NCBI GenBank assembly: GCA_963842085.1
Contig: CAWJET010000001.1
Span: 2,811,103 to 2,875,102, forward strand
DNA: 64,000 nt
Source: an uncultured delta proteobacterium
GTDB taxonomy: Bacteria > Desulfobacterota > Binatia > Binatales > Binataceae
Direction of reading: 5' to 3'
The translations under genes were made by a program, and so were the position numbers. A model generated the notes under the pieces. That model was not told the DNA's origin and searched no databases. It saw only the letters and a program-made list of their open reading frames with translations. Shown here one piece after another: positions 48,304 through 58,759 of the stretch. How positions within the stretch are numbered: position 1 is the first letter of the stretch; each line of letters starts with the position of its first letter.

Positions 48304-50058
48304 CTAGTCTGGCGACTCGTCGACGGTGCGCTGCTCGATCGCAATGGTGGTCTCGTAGGCGGAGGACAGTTCGATCACTCGGCTGTGAAATTTGCGCAGA
48401 CTTTGTCGGTGTCCGATGCTGATGAACGCAGTCGGCGAGTTCGCGAGCAGTGAGTACAGGCTTTCCTCGGCAGCCATATCGAGCGCGCTGGTGGCTTCGT
48501 CGAGAAAGGCGAAGCGAGGACGATTGAGCAGGAGGCGTGCGAACACAAGCCGCTGTTGTTCGCCGCCCGACAGCACGTCTGCCCAGTGAAGTTCGGCATC
48601 CAGACCTCCGAACTGATCGGGCAGATGCGCGAGACCGACCATGCGCAACACCTCGAGCAGCTCGTCGTCGCTTACTTCGCTTGCGCGCGGATATTGGAGC
48701 TGTTGGCGAAGCGAGCCGAGTATCAAGTACGGCTTCTGCGGCATGAACATGATCTGCTCGGTCGGAGGCCGCAAGATCCGGCCGCTGCCGAAATTCCAAA
48801 TGCCGGCGACTGCCCTCATCAGCGAGGTTTTGCCCGCGCCACTCGGTCCCGTGAGCAGCAGCGTGTCGCCGTACTTCACCTCGACGGACAGATTGCGCTG
48901 CAACTCCCGCTTCCAATCGGGCGTCATCAGGCTCACGTTGTCGAGTGAAACTCGTCCGTCCGCTTCGCCGACTTCGATGTGCGCGCCACCGTCCGCATTC
49001 TCGCTGCCGGCGTCGTCGCAACGCTCTTCGAACGCGGCGAGACGATTGACCACCGAGGCGTAGTCGGTGAGCCCCTGGAATTGATCGACCACGAGCGAGA
49101 GCGATCCCTGCAAAACCGAAAATGCGTACGCGGCCTGTGTGAATTCGCCCAGTTCGAACCGCCCCGAAAAGTACGCGCCGGCAAGCACAAAATAGGGCAC
49201 CAGGCCGGCCGCGTTGTCGTAAGCTGCGGTGAAGAACGTCAGATGGCGCTGCCAGAGAATCAGCAGTTTGAAATTTCTGATCACGTTGGCGAACCGCCGC
49301 CGCAGTTGATGCGCCTCGTCGCGCGCGCCGTCGTACAAGGCGATCGCTTCGGCGTTATCGCGCGCGTGGACCAACGCGAAGCGGTAATCAGCCTCGAATC
49401 GTTGCTGATTGAAGTTGATTACCACCAGGCGGCGTCCGATCACCGCGGCGAGCCAGGTGCCGATAAGCGCATAGCCGATCAGACACACCGCGAGCCGTCG
49501 CGAGATCAACCACAGGATTCCGAAAAATGTCACCGCGGTTACGACCGCCTGCAAGGCGGTCATGGAATAGTTGAGCGCGCCGCCGGTGAAGCTGTTGATG
49601 TCTTCGCTGATGCGCTGGTCCGGATTGTCGACCGAGTGATCGCGCATGATGTGGTAGAGCGCGTTTCGATGCAGCATGCGGTGAACGAACAATTCGGTCA
49701 TCCAGTCGCGCCAATCGATTCGGAGCAGTCCGCTGAGGTAGGGATAGAAGGCGGCGATCGGCACGAACAACACGACCCAGGTCGCGAACAACACCATCAA
49801 GTGGTAGAAGCGCGCAGAGTCTTTGTTCTGCAGCGAGTTCATGATGTCACGGGATACATAACTGAAGATAGCTTGCATCCCAATCGTGCCCAGGCTCAGC
49901 ACGATCAGCACACCGATAAGCAGGAGTGCTGTCCCGCGCCGCTCCGAACTCCAGTAAGGACCTGCGAGCCGCCACAGGCGCTTCCAAAATAGCCGATCGA
50001 AGCGATCTGAAGTGGCGCGGGCAAGGTCGCCGTTATCTGACGAGTCATTTCCGTTCAT
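48304..50058 (-). CDS. ABC transporter, fused permease/ATP-binding half-transporter (ABC_membrane_2 / YddA / ABCD-like)
   Basis: An N-terminal six-TM domain is followed by Walker A (GPSGAGKTS), the LSGGEQQR signature and Walker B (FAFLDEATSALD). Confidence 0.85.
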   Translation of the reverse strand: MNGNDSSDNGDLARATSDRFDRLFWKRLWRLAGPYWSSERRGTALLLIGVLIVLSLGTIGMQAIFSYVSRDIMNSLQNKDSARFYHLMVLFATWVVLFVPIAAFYPYLSGLLRIDWRDWMTELFVHRMLHRNALYHIMRDHSVDNPDQRISEDINSFTGGALNYSMTALQAVVTAVTFFGILWLISRRLAVCLIGYALIGTWLAAVIGRRLVVINFNQQRFEADYRFALVHARDNAEAIALYDGARDEAHQLRRRFANVIRNFKLLILWQRHLTFFTAAYDNAAGLVPYFVLAGAYFSGRFELGEFTQAAYAFSVLQGSLSLVVDQFQGLTDYASVVNRLAAFEERCDDAGSENADGGAHIEVGEADGRVSLDNVSLMTPDWKRELQRNLSVEVKYGDTLLLTGPSGAGKTSLMRAVAGIWNFGSGRILRPPTEQIMFMPQKPYLILGSLRQQLQYPRASEVSDDELLEVLRMVGLAHLPDQFGGLDAELHWADVLSGGEQQRLVFARLLLNRPRFAFLDEATSALDMAAEESLYSLLANSPTAFISIGHRQSLRKFHSRVIELSSAYETTIAIEQRTVDESPD

Positions 50059-50330
50059 GTCTTGTTAGACGTTAGCAACGAGCGAAGTGATTCCGATCTT
50101 GCCTCTGCAGCGCGCCTGAATTAGTTCGCCGAGGTTGAAGAATCAGGGCAATTTAACGGTTGAATTCCGGAACTTCCTGCATCGTCAACAAGATTAAAGA
50201 GACCTGGTTGGCCACCAACACGACCAGCCGTAACTGGTTCAGCGGGGCGATCGGACACTCTATACGGTGATCAATCCAGTTGCGTAGCCGCACTCTGTCT
50301 ACCAGATGCGCTCGAGGGAATGTAAGGATT

Positions 50331-50732
50331 ATGAAAAAGACTATGAAAAAGATGCACTTGCTCGGCGGCAGCTTCCTCCTCGTCACTGCGTTGACGCTGG
50401 GCTTCGCAATGCCAGCATTCGCGGAAACCGTGGTGGTGAAGATGTTCGACACACCATCCAAATTCGTTCCGAACCCGGTGAAGATCAAAGTCGGCGATAC
50501 TGTAGAGTGGGAAAATAAGGGTGAAACCATCCATACTGCCACCACCGATCCGTCCCAGGCGCCCGACAAAAGCTGGGCGTCCGTGCCGCCCGGGGCGGAG
50601 ACCTGGGACTCCGGTTACATGAACTCGGGGGACACCTGGAGCTACACGTTCAAGGTTCCCGGAGTTTACCACTACTTCTGCACGACGCACGTAAAAGAAG
50701 GAATGAAGGGCGAAATTGACGTAGAGAAATAG
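50331..50732 (+). CDS. Cupredoxin (type-1 blue copper protein, pseudoazurin/plastocyanin-like)
   Basis: A signal peptide and type-1 copper ligands His...Cys-x2-His-x4-Met (HYFCTTHVKEGMKGE). Confidence 0.8.
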   Translation: MKKTMKKMHLLGGSFLLVTALTLGFAMPAFAETVVVKMFDTPSKFVPNPVKIKVGDTVEWENKGETIHTATTDPSQAPDKSWASVPPGAETWDSGYMNSGDTWSYTFKVPGVYHYFCTTHVKEGMKGEIDVEK

Positions 50733-50913
50733 GCACTCGGGGCGCGACTGCTACCGTGGAGACCGACGATAGCAAACCGCAACCAGCCTGATCTTTGAAT
50801 GCGCAGCGAAGAGCGAAGGTGCCGACGCCGAAACCGACGGCCTAAAGTCCGCCCACGGCGGTGAGTCCATAGAGCGAGCGCGGTTGCCCCACACATCCTG
50901 GTATTTTTCAATA

Positions 50914-50996
50914 TGCCGAGGGCGGGACTTGAACCCGCACGTGGTTGCCCACGGAGGATTTTGAGTCCTCTGCGTCTGCCATTCCGCCACCTCGGC
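50914..50996 (-). tRNA. tRNA-Leu (anticodon CAA)
   Basis: The reverse complement folds as a class II tRNA: acceptor GCCGAGG/CCTCGGC, anticodon stem GAGGA/TCCTC with loop CTCAAAA, long variable arm, T-arm GCGGG-TTCAAGT-CCCGC. No encoded CCA. Confidence 0.8.
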
Positions 50997-51277
50997 ACTC
51001 GAAGAAGCTTGCAGACTCAGCCGGGTCATCTTAGCAAAGGTAGCGCGGCCGGCAATGGCGACGGATAGGGCCAACTCACGTATTGGTCGCGACCCCAGCA
51101 TTGATCGCTTGTTTGGTCTCGGGTGGCGCGACGCGGCGACCTCGATAGACAATCGACGGCGACTGCCGCACTAGCGTGATAGTCAAAAGGTAGTATAGAA
51201 CTGAATAGCAAGTACAATACTCACTTGTATCTTGCGATTGTTTGCTTAGTATAGTGTAGCGAGCGCACTATGTATTC

Positions 51278-51946
51278 ATGGAAGCGGTCGCCGTTGGCAT
51301 TCCCGCACCGGTCCCGGTTGCGCAACCGCGCGTCACACTCGCAGGCCTGAAGCATGCCCTTGGCGATTGTCTGCTGGCCGCGTCGTTCTTGCTCGCGACG
51401 TTGCCGGCCGGACGCGAGCTCAGCTTTACTCTGGCGGGAGCGGCGAACGTGGTATGGCTGGCGGGCGCCGCGATCATGGCCGTCATGTCGCTCGCGCGAT
51501 TTGCCCCGCGCACGGCCAGCGTAAATCTGCGCACGCTGACCGCGTCGGGCGGCATGCTGATCCTCCCGTGTTTCATGCGGCCGAGCGACCTTGCCACCGG
51601 CGCGCTGGCGACCACCGGACTTCTTTTCGAGTTGTTCGGCGTAGTGCTGACCCAGGTCGCGCGCGTCTATATGGGTCGCAGCTTCGGTGTGCTGCCCGCG
51701 AACCGCGGCATCGTGTCGAAGGGGCCGTTTCGATGGGTTCGTCATCCCATATATTTCGGATGGCTGATGCTTTCGATTGGCTACGCGATGTCCTACGCGA
51801 ACGGTCGCAATATCATGCTGGTCGTGGTGACGCTTCCGTTCATGGTCTGGCGAATCGAGCAGGAAGAAGTGCATTTGAGGGCGGATCCCGCATACCGCCG
51901 CTACATGGATCGAGTCCGGTACCGTTTGTGCCCGGGAGTTGTCTGA
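51278..51946 (+). CDS. Isoprenylcysteine carboxyl methyltransferase / phospholipid methyltransferase family membrane protein
   Basis: C-terminal motif GPFRWVRHPIYFGWLM...RIEQEEVHLRADPAYRRYMDRVRYRL typical of ICMT/PEMT. Confidence 0.75.
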   Translation: MEAVAVGIPAPVPVAQPRVTLAGLKHALGDCLLAASFLLATLPAGRELSFTLAGAANVVWLAGAAIMAVMSLARFAPRTASVNLRTLTASGGMLILPCFMRPSDLATGALATTGLLFELFGVVLTQVARVYMGRSFGVLPANRGIVSKGPFRWVRHPIYFGWLMLSIGYAMSYANGRNIMLVVVTLPFMVWRIEQEEVHLRADPAYRRYMDRVRYRLCPGVV

Positions 51947-51982
51947 GCCGAATTGGCTGCCGCAGGCGCGGACGCCTTCCAG

Positions 51983-54900
51983 CTACTCCCGCGGCGAACG
52001 AGCTTCGGTGCGGCCGCTGCCGCGCGTGCCCATCAGGTAGATTCCACCCGCGAGCGGGCTCGAAAGAATCATCGCGAACGCCAGTCCGCCGATCACGGCG
52101 ATTGCCAGCGGTTGCTGAACCTTGGCGCCCGCACCGTAGCCGAGCGCGAGCGGTAACAGCCCCGCCGCCGTGGCGAGCGTGGTCATGATGATCGGGCGCA
52201 GCCGCACCGTCGCCGCCTCGAATAGCGCCGCGCCCGGTCGTACGCCCGCGCCGACTTCGCGCTCGGCATGGTCGAGCAGCAGGATGCCGTTCTTGGCGGT
52301 GATTCCCGCGACCATGATGATGCCCATGAACGATGAGATGTTGAGCGTCATGCCGGTCACGGCGAGCGCGATGAAACTGCCCGCGAGACACGACATCGCG
52401 GCCACCAGGCATGCAACCGCGGGCGCGAGCCGCGCGAACTCCCAGACCAGGATCAGGAACATCATGATCGTACCCGCCACCAGCACCAGCGCGAGCTCGT
52501 GAAAGGCCCGCTGCTGCTGCGCGTAAAGCCCGCCGTATTCGAGCGACACGCCGGCCGCCAGCGGCATCCGCGACAGGCTCTGCTTGACCTGGCTGACGGC
52601 AGTGCCGAGGTCGATACCCTCCAGCCGCGCCGTGACGTGCACGACGGACCGCTGGCGCTCGCGCGCGATCTCGCTGGTCTCGCCGAGAAAGTCGATCTTC
52701 GTGACCGCCGACAGCGGCACACGCGCATTCGTGCTCGACTTGAGAATCACTTCCGACAGAGTCCCGAGATCTTCGTGGAATGCGTCCGGGTATCGCACCC
52801 GCACGCCGACCAGCCGATCGCCCGACAGGACGTTGGTGGCGACCGTCCCTTGAATCACCGAATCGAGCGCGGTGCGGATGTCATCGGCGCTCAGTCCGTA
52901 GTGCGCGGCCGAAGTGTTGTCGACGACGACCGCCTGCTCCGGGATGCTCTCGACGATTCCGTCGAACACGTCCACCAGGCCGTGAATCGAGCGCATCCGA
53001 TCAGCCACTTGCCGCGCCGTCGCCTCGATCGTCTTCTGGTCGGGGCCGAAGACCTTGACCTCGATCGGCTCCGGCACGCCTGAAAGATCGCCGATCAGGT
53101 CCTGCAACACCTGCGAGAACTCGATCGATACTCCCGGCACCGAGCTCAGGATGCGTTCGCGGATGGAATCGATGACCGTATCGATGTCGCGTTTGCGGTC
53201 CGGTTTCAGCCGCACGGACATGTCTCCGCGATTCGATTCGGTCAGAAAAAATCCAAGCTGCGTGCCGGTGCGGCGGCTGAACGCAACGACTTCGGGCGTC
53301 GTTTTCAGAATCGACTGAATCGAGTCGAGCAACGCAGTCGTGTCGGCCATCGTGCTCTGCGGCGGCGTTAGGTAGTCGAGGACAAACGCGCCTTCGTCGA
53401 GCGGCGGCAGATAGTCGGTGCCGATACTGTTGTAAACGAAGTACGCGACCAACATCGAAACCGCAGCACCAAGGATTGCCAGCGCGGGAATCCGGATGAT
53501 CGGCCGGATCGCAGTCAGAAACAGCGTCTGCACGCCGCGATAGATTCGTCCCGCCGCGCGCGCGCGCCCGCGAAACCGCGCCATCGCAAGTTCTATCGCG
53601 GGCGTGAAGTAGATGGCGAGTATCAGCGAAATCGCCAGTCCTCCGCCCAGCGTCGCCGCCAGTGAGCGGAAGAAAACGCCGGTCACACCCGAAATAAAAA
53701 CCAGCGGCCCGAATACGACGATCACCGTCATGGTCGCGGCGAACAGCGGGCGCCGGAGACGCTTGAGCGCTTCGGCCACTGCCGTACCAGCGGATTGACC
53801 CGACGCGAGTTCGCGATGAATCGCTTCGATCATTACGATCGCGTCGTCGATGAAAAGTCCGATTCCGGCCGCCAGCCCGCCCAGCGTCATCATGTTGAAG
53901 GTCAGTCCCGCGGCTTTCATCACGATGAATGTGATCGCAACCGTGCACGGCACCACCGTCGCCGCAACCAGCGCGCTGAGCGGACTCATCGTGAACACCA
54001 GCACCACCAGCACCGCCAGCGCGAGGCCGAGCAGGATCGCGTCGCGCACGCTGTTGAACGATTCGCTGACCAGTTCCGACTGATCGTACGAAACCGAAAA
54101 CTGAACGTCGGGATAACGCTGGCGAAACTCCGCGAGGATCTGCCGCGCCTCGGCCGCGATCGTCACCGTATTGCCGCTCGGCCGCCGCGAGATTCCGACC
54201 AGCACCGCCGCGCCGTTCTCGGACGCGGCCCTGATGTAGTCTTCGCGGATTCCCAATTCGACCGAACCCACGTCGCTGACGCGCACCGGTTGACCGCCAA
54301 TAGCCGACAGCGGCACCGCGGCAATCTGGCCGGCCTGGTGCAGATCGCTGGTCACCACCGTCAGCAGCATCCGGTGCGATTCGTTCATCCGGCCCGCCGA
54401 CGCGATGACGTTATTGTGCGCCAGGCCCGCGACGACCTGGGCCGGCGACATGTCATGCTGCAGCATCCGCGCCGGATCGAGCCGCACCACGAATTCGCGG
54501 TACTTGCCGCCGATTACGCCGACCCGGTAGGTGCCCTCGATGCGATGCAGGCTCGGAACGAGATCGTAGTTCGCGATGTCGGTCAGTTCGGGCAGGCTGC
54601 GAATCTTCGAGCTCAGGCTGAGATCGACGATCGGAAAGGTGCCGGTCGTCAGCAACAGCGCGTCGAGCGTCGTATCGTTCGGGAGCTGCGCGCGCGTATG
54701 CGCGACTGCGGCGTTCAGCATCTGGTAGCTGGTTTGTGGGTCGGCGTCTTCGCCGAACGTAACGTCTATCTCGGCGCTGCCGCGGGTCGTCGTCGATCGA
54801 ACCAGTTCCACACCGGGCACGGTGTATGCGCTTTCCTCCAGCGGCCGCGTTACCGACGCGAGCATCTGTTCCGCCGGCAGATCGCCGCTGTCGGCGAGAA

Positions 54901-55024
54901 TCGTCGCGCGGCGAAACGTCATCTCGGGAAATACCGCGCTCGGAATCGTTCGCGCCAGGATGACCCCGAGCACGCTCGCTGCCAGCACCGACAGCACCGC
55001 CAGCGTCGAGCTGCTGCGCGTCAT
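51983..55024 (-). CDS. RND efflux transporter permease (AcrB/CzcA/CusA superfamily)
   Basis: At 1013 aa it has the 12-TM RND architecture with two large periplasmic loops. Its start overlaps the MFP gene stop. Confidence 0.9.
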   Translation of the reverse strand: MTRSSSTLAVLSVLAASVLGVILARTIPSAVFPEMTFRRATILADSGDLPAEQMLASVTRPLEESAYTVPGVELVRSTTTRGSAEIDVTFGEDADPQTSYQMLNAAVAHTRAQLPNDTTLDALLLTTGTFPIVDLSLSSKIRSLPELTDIANYDLVPSLHRIEGTYRVGVIGGKYREFVVRLDPARMLQHDMSPAQVVAGLAHNNVIASAGRMNESHRMLLTVVTSDLHQAGQIAAVPLSAIGGQPVRVSDVGSVELGIREDYIRAASENGAAVLVGISRRPSGNTVTIAAEARQILAEFRQRYPDVQFSVSYDQSELVSESFNSVRDAILLGLALAVLVVLVFTMSPLSALVAATVVPCTVAITFIVMKAAGLTFNMMTLGGLAAGIGLFIDDAIVMIEAIHRELASGQSAGTAVAEALKRLRRPLFAATMTVIVVFGPLVFISGVTGVFFRSLAATLGGGLAISLILAIYFTPAIELAMARFRGRARAAGRIYRGVQTLFLTAIRPIIRIPALAILGAAVSMLVAYFVYNSIGTDYLPPLDEGAFVLDYLTPPQSTMADTTALLDSIQSILKTTPEVVAFSRRTGTQLGFFLTESNRGDMSVRLKPDRKRDIDTVIDSIRERILSSVPGVSIEFSQVLQDLIGDLSGVPEPIEVKVFGPDQKTIEATARQVADRMRSIHGLVDVFDGIVESIPEQAVVVDNTSAAHYGLSADDIRTALDSVIQGTVATNVLSGDRLVGVRVRYPDAFHEDLGTLSEVILKSSTNARVPLSAVTKIDFLGETSEIARERQRSVVHVTARLEGIDLGTAVSQVKQSLSRMPLAAGVSLEYGGLYAQQQRAFHELALVLVAGTIMMFLILVWEFARLAPAVACLVAAMSCLAGSFIALAVTGMTLNISSFMGIIMVAGITAKNGILLLDHAEREVGAGVRPGAALFEAATVRLRPIIMTTLATAAGLLPLALGYGAGAKVQQPLAIAVIGGLAFAMILSSPLAGGIYLMGTRGSGRTEARSPRE

Positions 55025-56028
55025 TGGTTTCCCTGCGCGACGCGAACGTGCAGGCCGTCGGACAGCGCATACCCGCCCGAAGTCACGACCAGTTCACCCG
55101 CTTTGATGCCGGCAGTCACCTGGACCAGATCGCGCTGGCGAAGTCCGACCGTTATATCCGTGCGATGCGCGCGGCCGTCGGCGCCGACCACAAACACGTG
55201 GTAACGATCCACGCCTTGGTCCTGAAACAGTGCCGGCGCGGGAATCACGATCGCGTCGGGGACGCTCGCGGTCTCGATCCGCACTTCGACTGGAGCGCCT
55301 GCCTCCGCGATACGCTCCGGGCCGGTGAAGTCCGTCCGCACCGACGAGGTCGCGCTCGATGCGTCAAAACTTGGCAGGATCGCCGCGATGCGCGCGGGAA
55401 ACTCAACCCCGGGACGAAACGGCGTCGTCACCGTCGCGGCCATCCCGGGCCTCAACAATGAGAGCTGGTTCACCGGGACCGAGGTATCGACGTAGAGGCT
55501 TGCCGGATCGATTAGATCGACCAGCGTGTCGAGGTCGGCAACCATCTGGCCGCTGGTGACCGGCGGTTGCGAGACGATTCCCGATTCCGGCGCGACCACC
55601 GGTATTCCCGCGCTGTGACTGTAGCGCTTGACGGACGCACTCAGCGCCGGCGCGTCCTGGGGATCGATCCTGCGCGCGACCGCGAGCCCGGCCTCCGCCG
55701 CTTCGATCTCGCGATTGACGACACGCGCGACGATCTGCCCCTTGCGCACGAAATCGCCGCTCGCCAGTTTCAGTCCCGTCACTCGGCCCGCCGTTGGCGC
55801 GCGGATGATCACGTGCCGCGTCGCGACGGTTTTGCCGAGCAGCCGAAGCTCGCTTGTCATCGGATGCACTTCGGCCCTTGCCGCGCTCACCAGCAGGACG
55901 GGCTCGGGCTGCGCCGCGATTTCGCCGCCGCCTTCTTTCGCGCCGCCGCATCCTGCGAGCAGCGCCGTCGCCACTGCCGCCGCGAAGATCGCGATGGCGC
56001 GGCGGTTCGAGCCCGCGCGCCTTATCAT
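55021..56028 (-). CDS. RND efflux periplasmic adaptor (membrane fusion protein, HlyD family)
   Basis: A lipobox/signal (LLAGCGG) followed by biotinyl-lipoyl-like and beta-barrel regions. The start was trimmed to MIRRAG. Confidence 0.8.
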   Translation of the reverse strand: MIRRAGSNRRAIAIFAAAVATALLAGCGGAKEGGGEIAAQPEPVLLVSAARAEVHPMTSELRLLGKTVATRHVIIRAPTAGRVTGLKLASGDFVRKGQIVARVVNREIEAAEAGLAVARRIDPQDAPALSASVKRYSHSAGIPVVAPESGIVSQPPVTSGQMVADLDTLVDLIDPASLYVDTSVPVNQLSLLRPGMAATVTTPFRPGVEFPARIAAILPSFDASSATSSVRTDFTGPERIAEAGAPVEVRIETASVPDAIVIPAPALFQDQGVDRYHVFVVGADGRAHRTDITVGLRQRDLVQVTAGIKAGELVVTSGGYALSDGLHVRVAQGNQ

Positions 56029-57284
56029 TGGATACGGCCGAGGAGCAGGTTCGTCTCCGCCACCGCCTCGCGCGCGTTGAACTCCTGGTCGTGCCGCTGC
56101 AGCCGCAATTGCTCGGCCTGCTGATACGCATCCAGCACTTCGAGCATCGTCACGGCGCCGCCGCCGAGGAAGCGCGTCCACGTCAGCGCGAAGTTATCGT
56201 CCGCGGTTGGCTGCGCGCGCGACAGGATGTCGAGTTGCCGATTCGCCTGGTCGTAACGAATCGACGCGTCCGCGATTCGCCGCTTCAGAATGTACTCGGC
56301 CTGCCGCGCCTGCGCTGTGGCCGAATGCTCTTTCGCCTTCGCCTGGTCGATGTGCGATGAAATCAGTCCGCCGTCGAACAGCGGTACCGACACGACGCCG
56401 TCGTATGAGCCGCCAAAGTTGTGCGAAATCGTCGCCGGCGGATCGATGCCGACAAATCCGGTCGTGAACGCGACCTGGAACGTCGGCAGACGCTCGGCCT
56501 TGGCCGCCTTGATTTGCGATTCTGCCGACGCGATCGCGCGCTGCGCCGCCTGCATTACGGGGCTCTGCGCAAGATCGCCCGACGGCTTCGGCGGAACGCC
56601 GGCGAGGCTCGCGATTTCGAGGTCGGGCTGATTCGGCTCGCCGATCAAAATGCCCAGCGCCGCGGTCGCGCGCTCGCTATTGCCGCGCGCCGCGTCGAGC
56701 GCAATCTCAGTACTGTCGCGCGCGGTGCGGAACTTCAGCACGTCATTGGTGATGACGCGTCCGCTTTTTTCGAGCGCCTCGATCGTAGTTACGTAGCGCG
56801 TCAAGCGTTCCAGGCTGGCCTGCAAATCGTGTTGCGCCCCCCGCGCGCGAAGCACATCGAAGTAGGCGATCGACGTATCGAAAACAATTTGCGCCCGCGC
56901 CGCAGCGACTCCCAGCCGCGAGGCTTCGTTGACGTACTCGGCCGCACGCAGCCGCGCCTGTCGCCGTCCCCAGTCCCACGCCGTGTAGTCGAGCGTCAGC
57001 AGACCGGCCGATAGTCCGCGGTTCGAAATGACCTCATTGTAACCCGGCGCCTGGTAGTACTCCGCGCCCGCCCCGACGGTCGGAAACAGCGGAGCACGCT
57101 GCTCGCGCACGTGTGCGACGCTCATGTCGCTCGCCGCGGCGGCGACGTCCACCGAAGGCGCCAGGTGCAAGGCGCGATCGATCGCGTCAGACAGAGTAAT
57201 GGTCGCGGCGGGCGCCACCGAAGCCCAACTCAAGAGCGCGGCAGCGAGCGCCGCCCTGAAGAGGTTGCGGCTAGTCTGCTCCAT
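56025..57284 (-). CDS. Outer membrane efflux protein (TolC-like OMF)
   Basis: A signal peptide and two TolC-type repeat halves. There is a 4-nt overlap with the MFP gene. Confidence 0.8.
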   Translation of the reverse strand: MEQTSRNLFRAALAAALLSWASVAPAATITLSDAIDRALHLAPSVDVAAAASDMSVAHVREQRAPLFPTVGAGAEYYQAPGYNEVISNRGLSAGLLTLDYTAWDWGRRQARLRAAEYVNEASRLGVAAARAQIVFDTSIAYFDVLRARGAQHDLQASLERLTRYVTTIEALEKSGRVITNDVLKFRTARDSTEIALDAARGNSERATAALGILIGEPNQPDLEIASLAGVPPKPSGDLAQSPVMQAAQRAIASAESQIKAAKAERLPTFQVAFTTGFVGIDPPATISHNFGGSYDGVVSVPLFDGGLISSHIDQAKAKEHSATAQARQAEYILKRRIADASIRYDQANRQLDILSRAQPTADDNFALTWTRFLGGGAVTMLEVLDAYQQAEQLRLQRHDQEFNAREAVAETNLLLGRIQ

Positions 57285-57354
57285 TCGCGAAAGAGTAACA
57301 GTGGTCCGCCGACCGGCCAAATTAATGGACGTTAAGCTGATTAATGAGCGGCGG

Positions 57355-58731
57355 CTATCGCAGCGGGACGGTCGCTCGGTGCGGATCTTCTTTGTGGAGC
57401 GCCAGCGTCACGACGAACGCGGATCCTCCCGTCGGAAGATTCGCGGCGGCGATGTCGCCACCATGCGCCCGCGCAATTTCCCGGCACAGGCTCAAGCCCA
57501 GCCCACTGCCTTCGCCGGGCGACCCTGCGCCGCGAAAAAATCGATCGAAAATGTGCGGCAGCTCAGCTGGATGGATTCCCTCGCCGGTGTCGGCGACGCG
57601 GATAATCGCGCGATTCGCGTCGCTCTTCAGCCCAACCTCGATCGAGCCGCCGGCCGGCGTGAACTTGAGCGCGTTGTCGAGCAGGTTAACGATCAGGCGG
57701 CGCAAGTGCGCCTCGTTGCCATTGACGAAAACGTCCGCGGGCGCATTGACCGTCAGTTTTAGCTCGCGCGCCTGCGCCAGCGGTCCGACCGTCGCGCCTA
57801 TCTCGCTCAACAGTGCGCGAAGATTCAGCTTCTGCCGATCCACCATTACTTCGCCATTGAGCCGCGACAGCATCAGCAGTTCGTCGGCAATCCTGCACAG
57901 CGACAGCGCCTCGCGATGCGCCGCGCCAAGGGCAGCGCGATTTTCCTCGGCCGTGCGATCGCGCGCGAGCGCTACTTCCAGCCCCGTGCGCAGCACCGCC
58001 AGCGGTGTCCGCAGCTCATGCGCCGCATCGGACGCGAACCGGCGCTCCGTAGCCGACGCGCGCTCCAGGCGCTCCAGCAATGCATTGATGACCGCGCTGA
58101 GCCGCGCGACTTCATCAGCCACCGGCGGGACCGTCAGCCGCGAGCTCAGATTGGTCGGCCCGATCGCGTCGAGCTCCGCCGTCACCGATTCGATCGGCCG
58201 TAGCGCCCGGGCCGCCAGCAGGTATCCGCCCCCGACGCAAAGCAGGAGCACGATCGGCACCATCAGCAGTAGCAGGTTGCGCAGGCTGCTCACCGATTCC
58301 TCAACCAGGCCCGCCTGCACTCCGCTTTGCAGGTACGCGAGCTCGCCGTTGTACATCATCGGAACGACCGCGAACCTGAAGGCTTGGTTGCCGACGATCG
58401 CCGGGTGCGTGGGGAGCGAGGGATCGAACGGGGGCGGGATCGTGTGGACAGCGCCGAAGTTCCCCACCTCGCCATGCGCCGTGACGATTCGCACGCGCCG
58501 GCCGGGCCCGATATCGGTCTCTAGGCTCAGCCGCTGCAGGATTCCAATCGCGCTTGACGAGCCGCTGCGCTGGATCTGATCGGCGGTGTTCTCGGCCTCC
58601 TCCAGCAGCGCCGCGTCCAGCGCGCTGAACTGCTGGCGCGCGAAAAGTTTCACCGCGGCGATCGCCGCGACCAGCAAAATCGCCGCCAGCACCGCGGCCC
58701 AGTAAATGGTCAGCCTGAGTCTGATCGTCAT
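57355..58731 (-). CDS. Sensor histidine kinase (HAMP-HisKA-HATPase; CusS/CopS-like)
   Basis: Two TM helices, a phospho-His box HELRTPL and the GLGLSL G2 box. Confidence 0.85.
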   Translation of the reverse strand: MTIRLRLTIYWAAVLAAILLVAAIAAVKLFARQQFSALDAALLEEAENTADQIQRSGSSSAIGILQRLSLETDIGPGRRVRIVTAHGEVGNFGAVHTIPPPFDPSLPTHPAIVGNQAFRFAVVPMMYNGELAYLQSGVQAGLVEESVSSLRNLLLLMVPIVLLLCVGGGYLLAARALRPIESVTAELDAIGPTNLSSRLTVPPVADEVARLSAVINALLERLERASATERRFASDAAHELRTPLAVLRTGLEVALARDRTAEENRAALGAAHREALSLCRIADELLMLSRLNGEVMVDRQKLNLRALLSEIGATVGPLAQARELKLTVNAPADVFVNGNEAHLRRLIVNLLDNALKFTPAGGSIEVGLKSDANRAIIRVADTGEGIHPAELPHIFDRFFRGAGSPGEGSGLGLSLCREIARAHGGDIAAANLPTGGSAFVVTLALHKEDPHRATVPLR

Positions 58732-58759
58732 CGGCGGCCAGCGTGCGGCGGCTGCGGCG

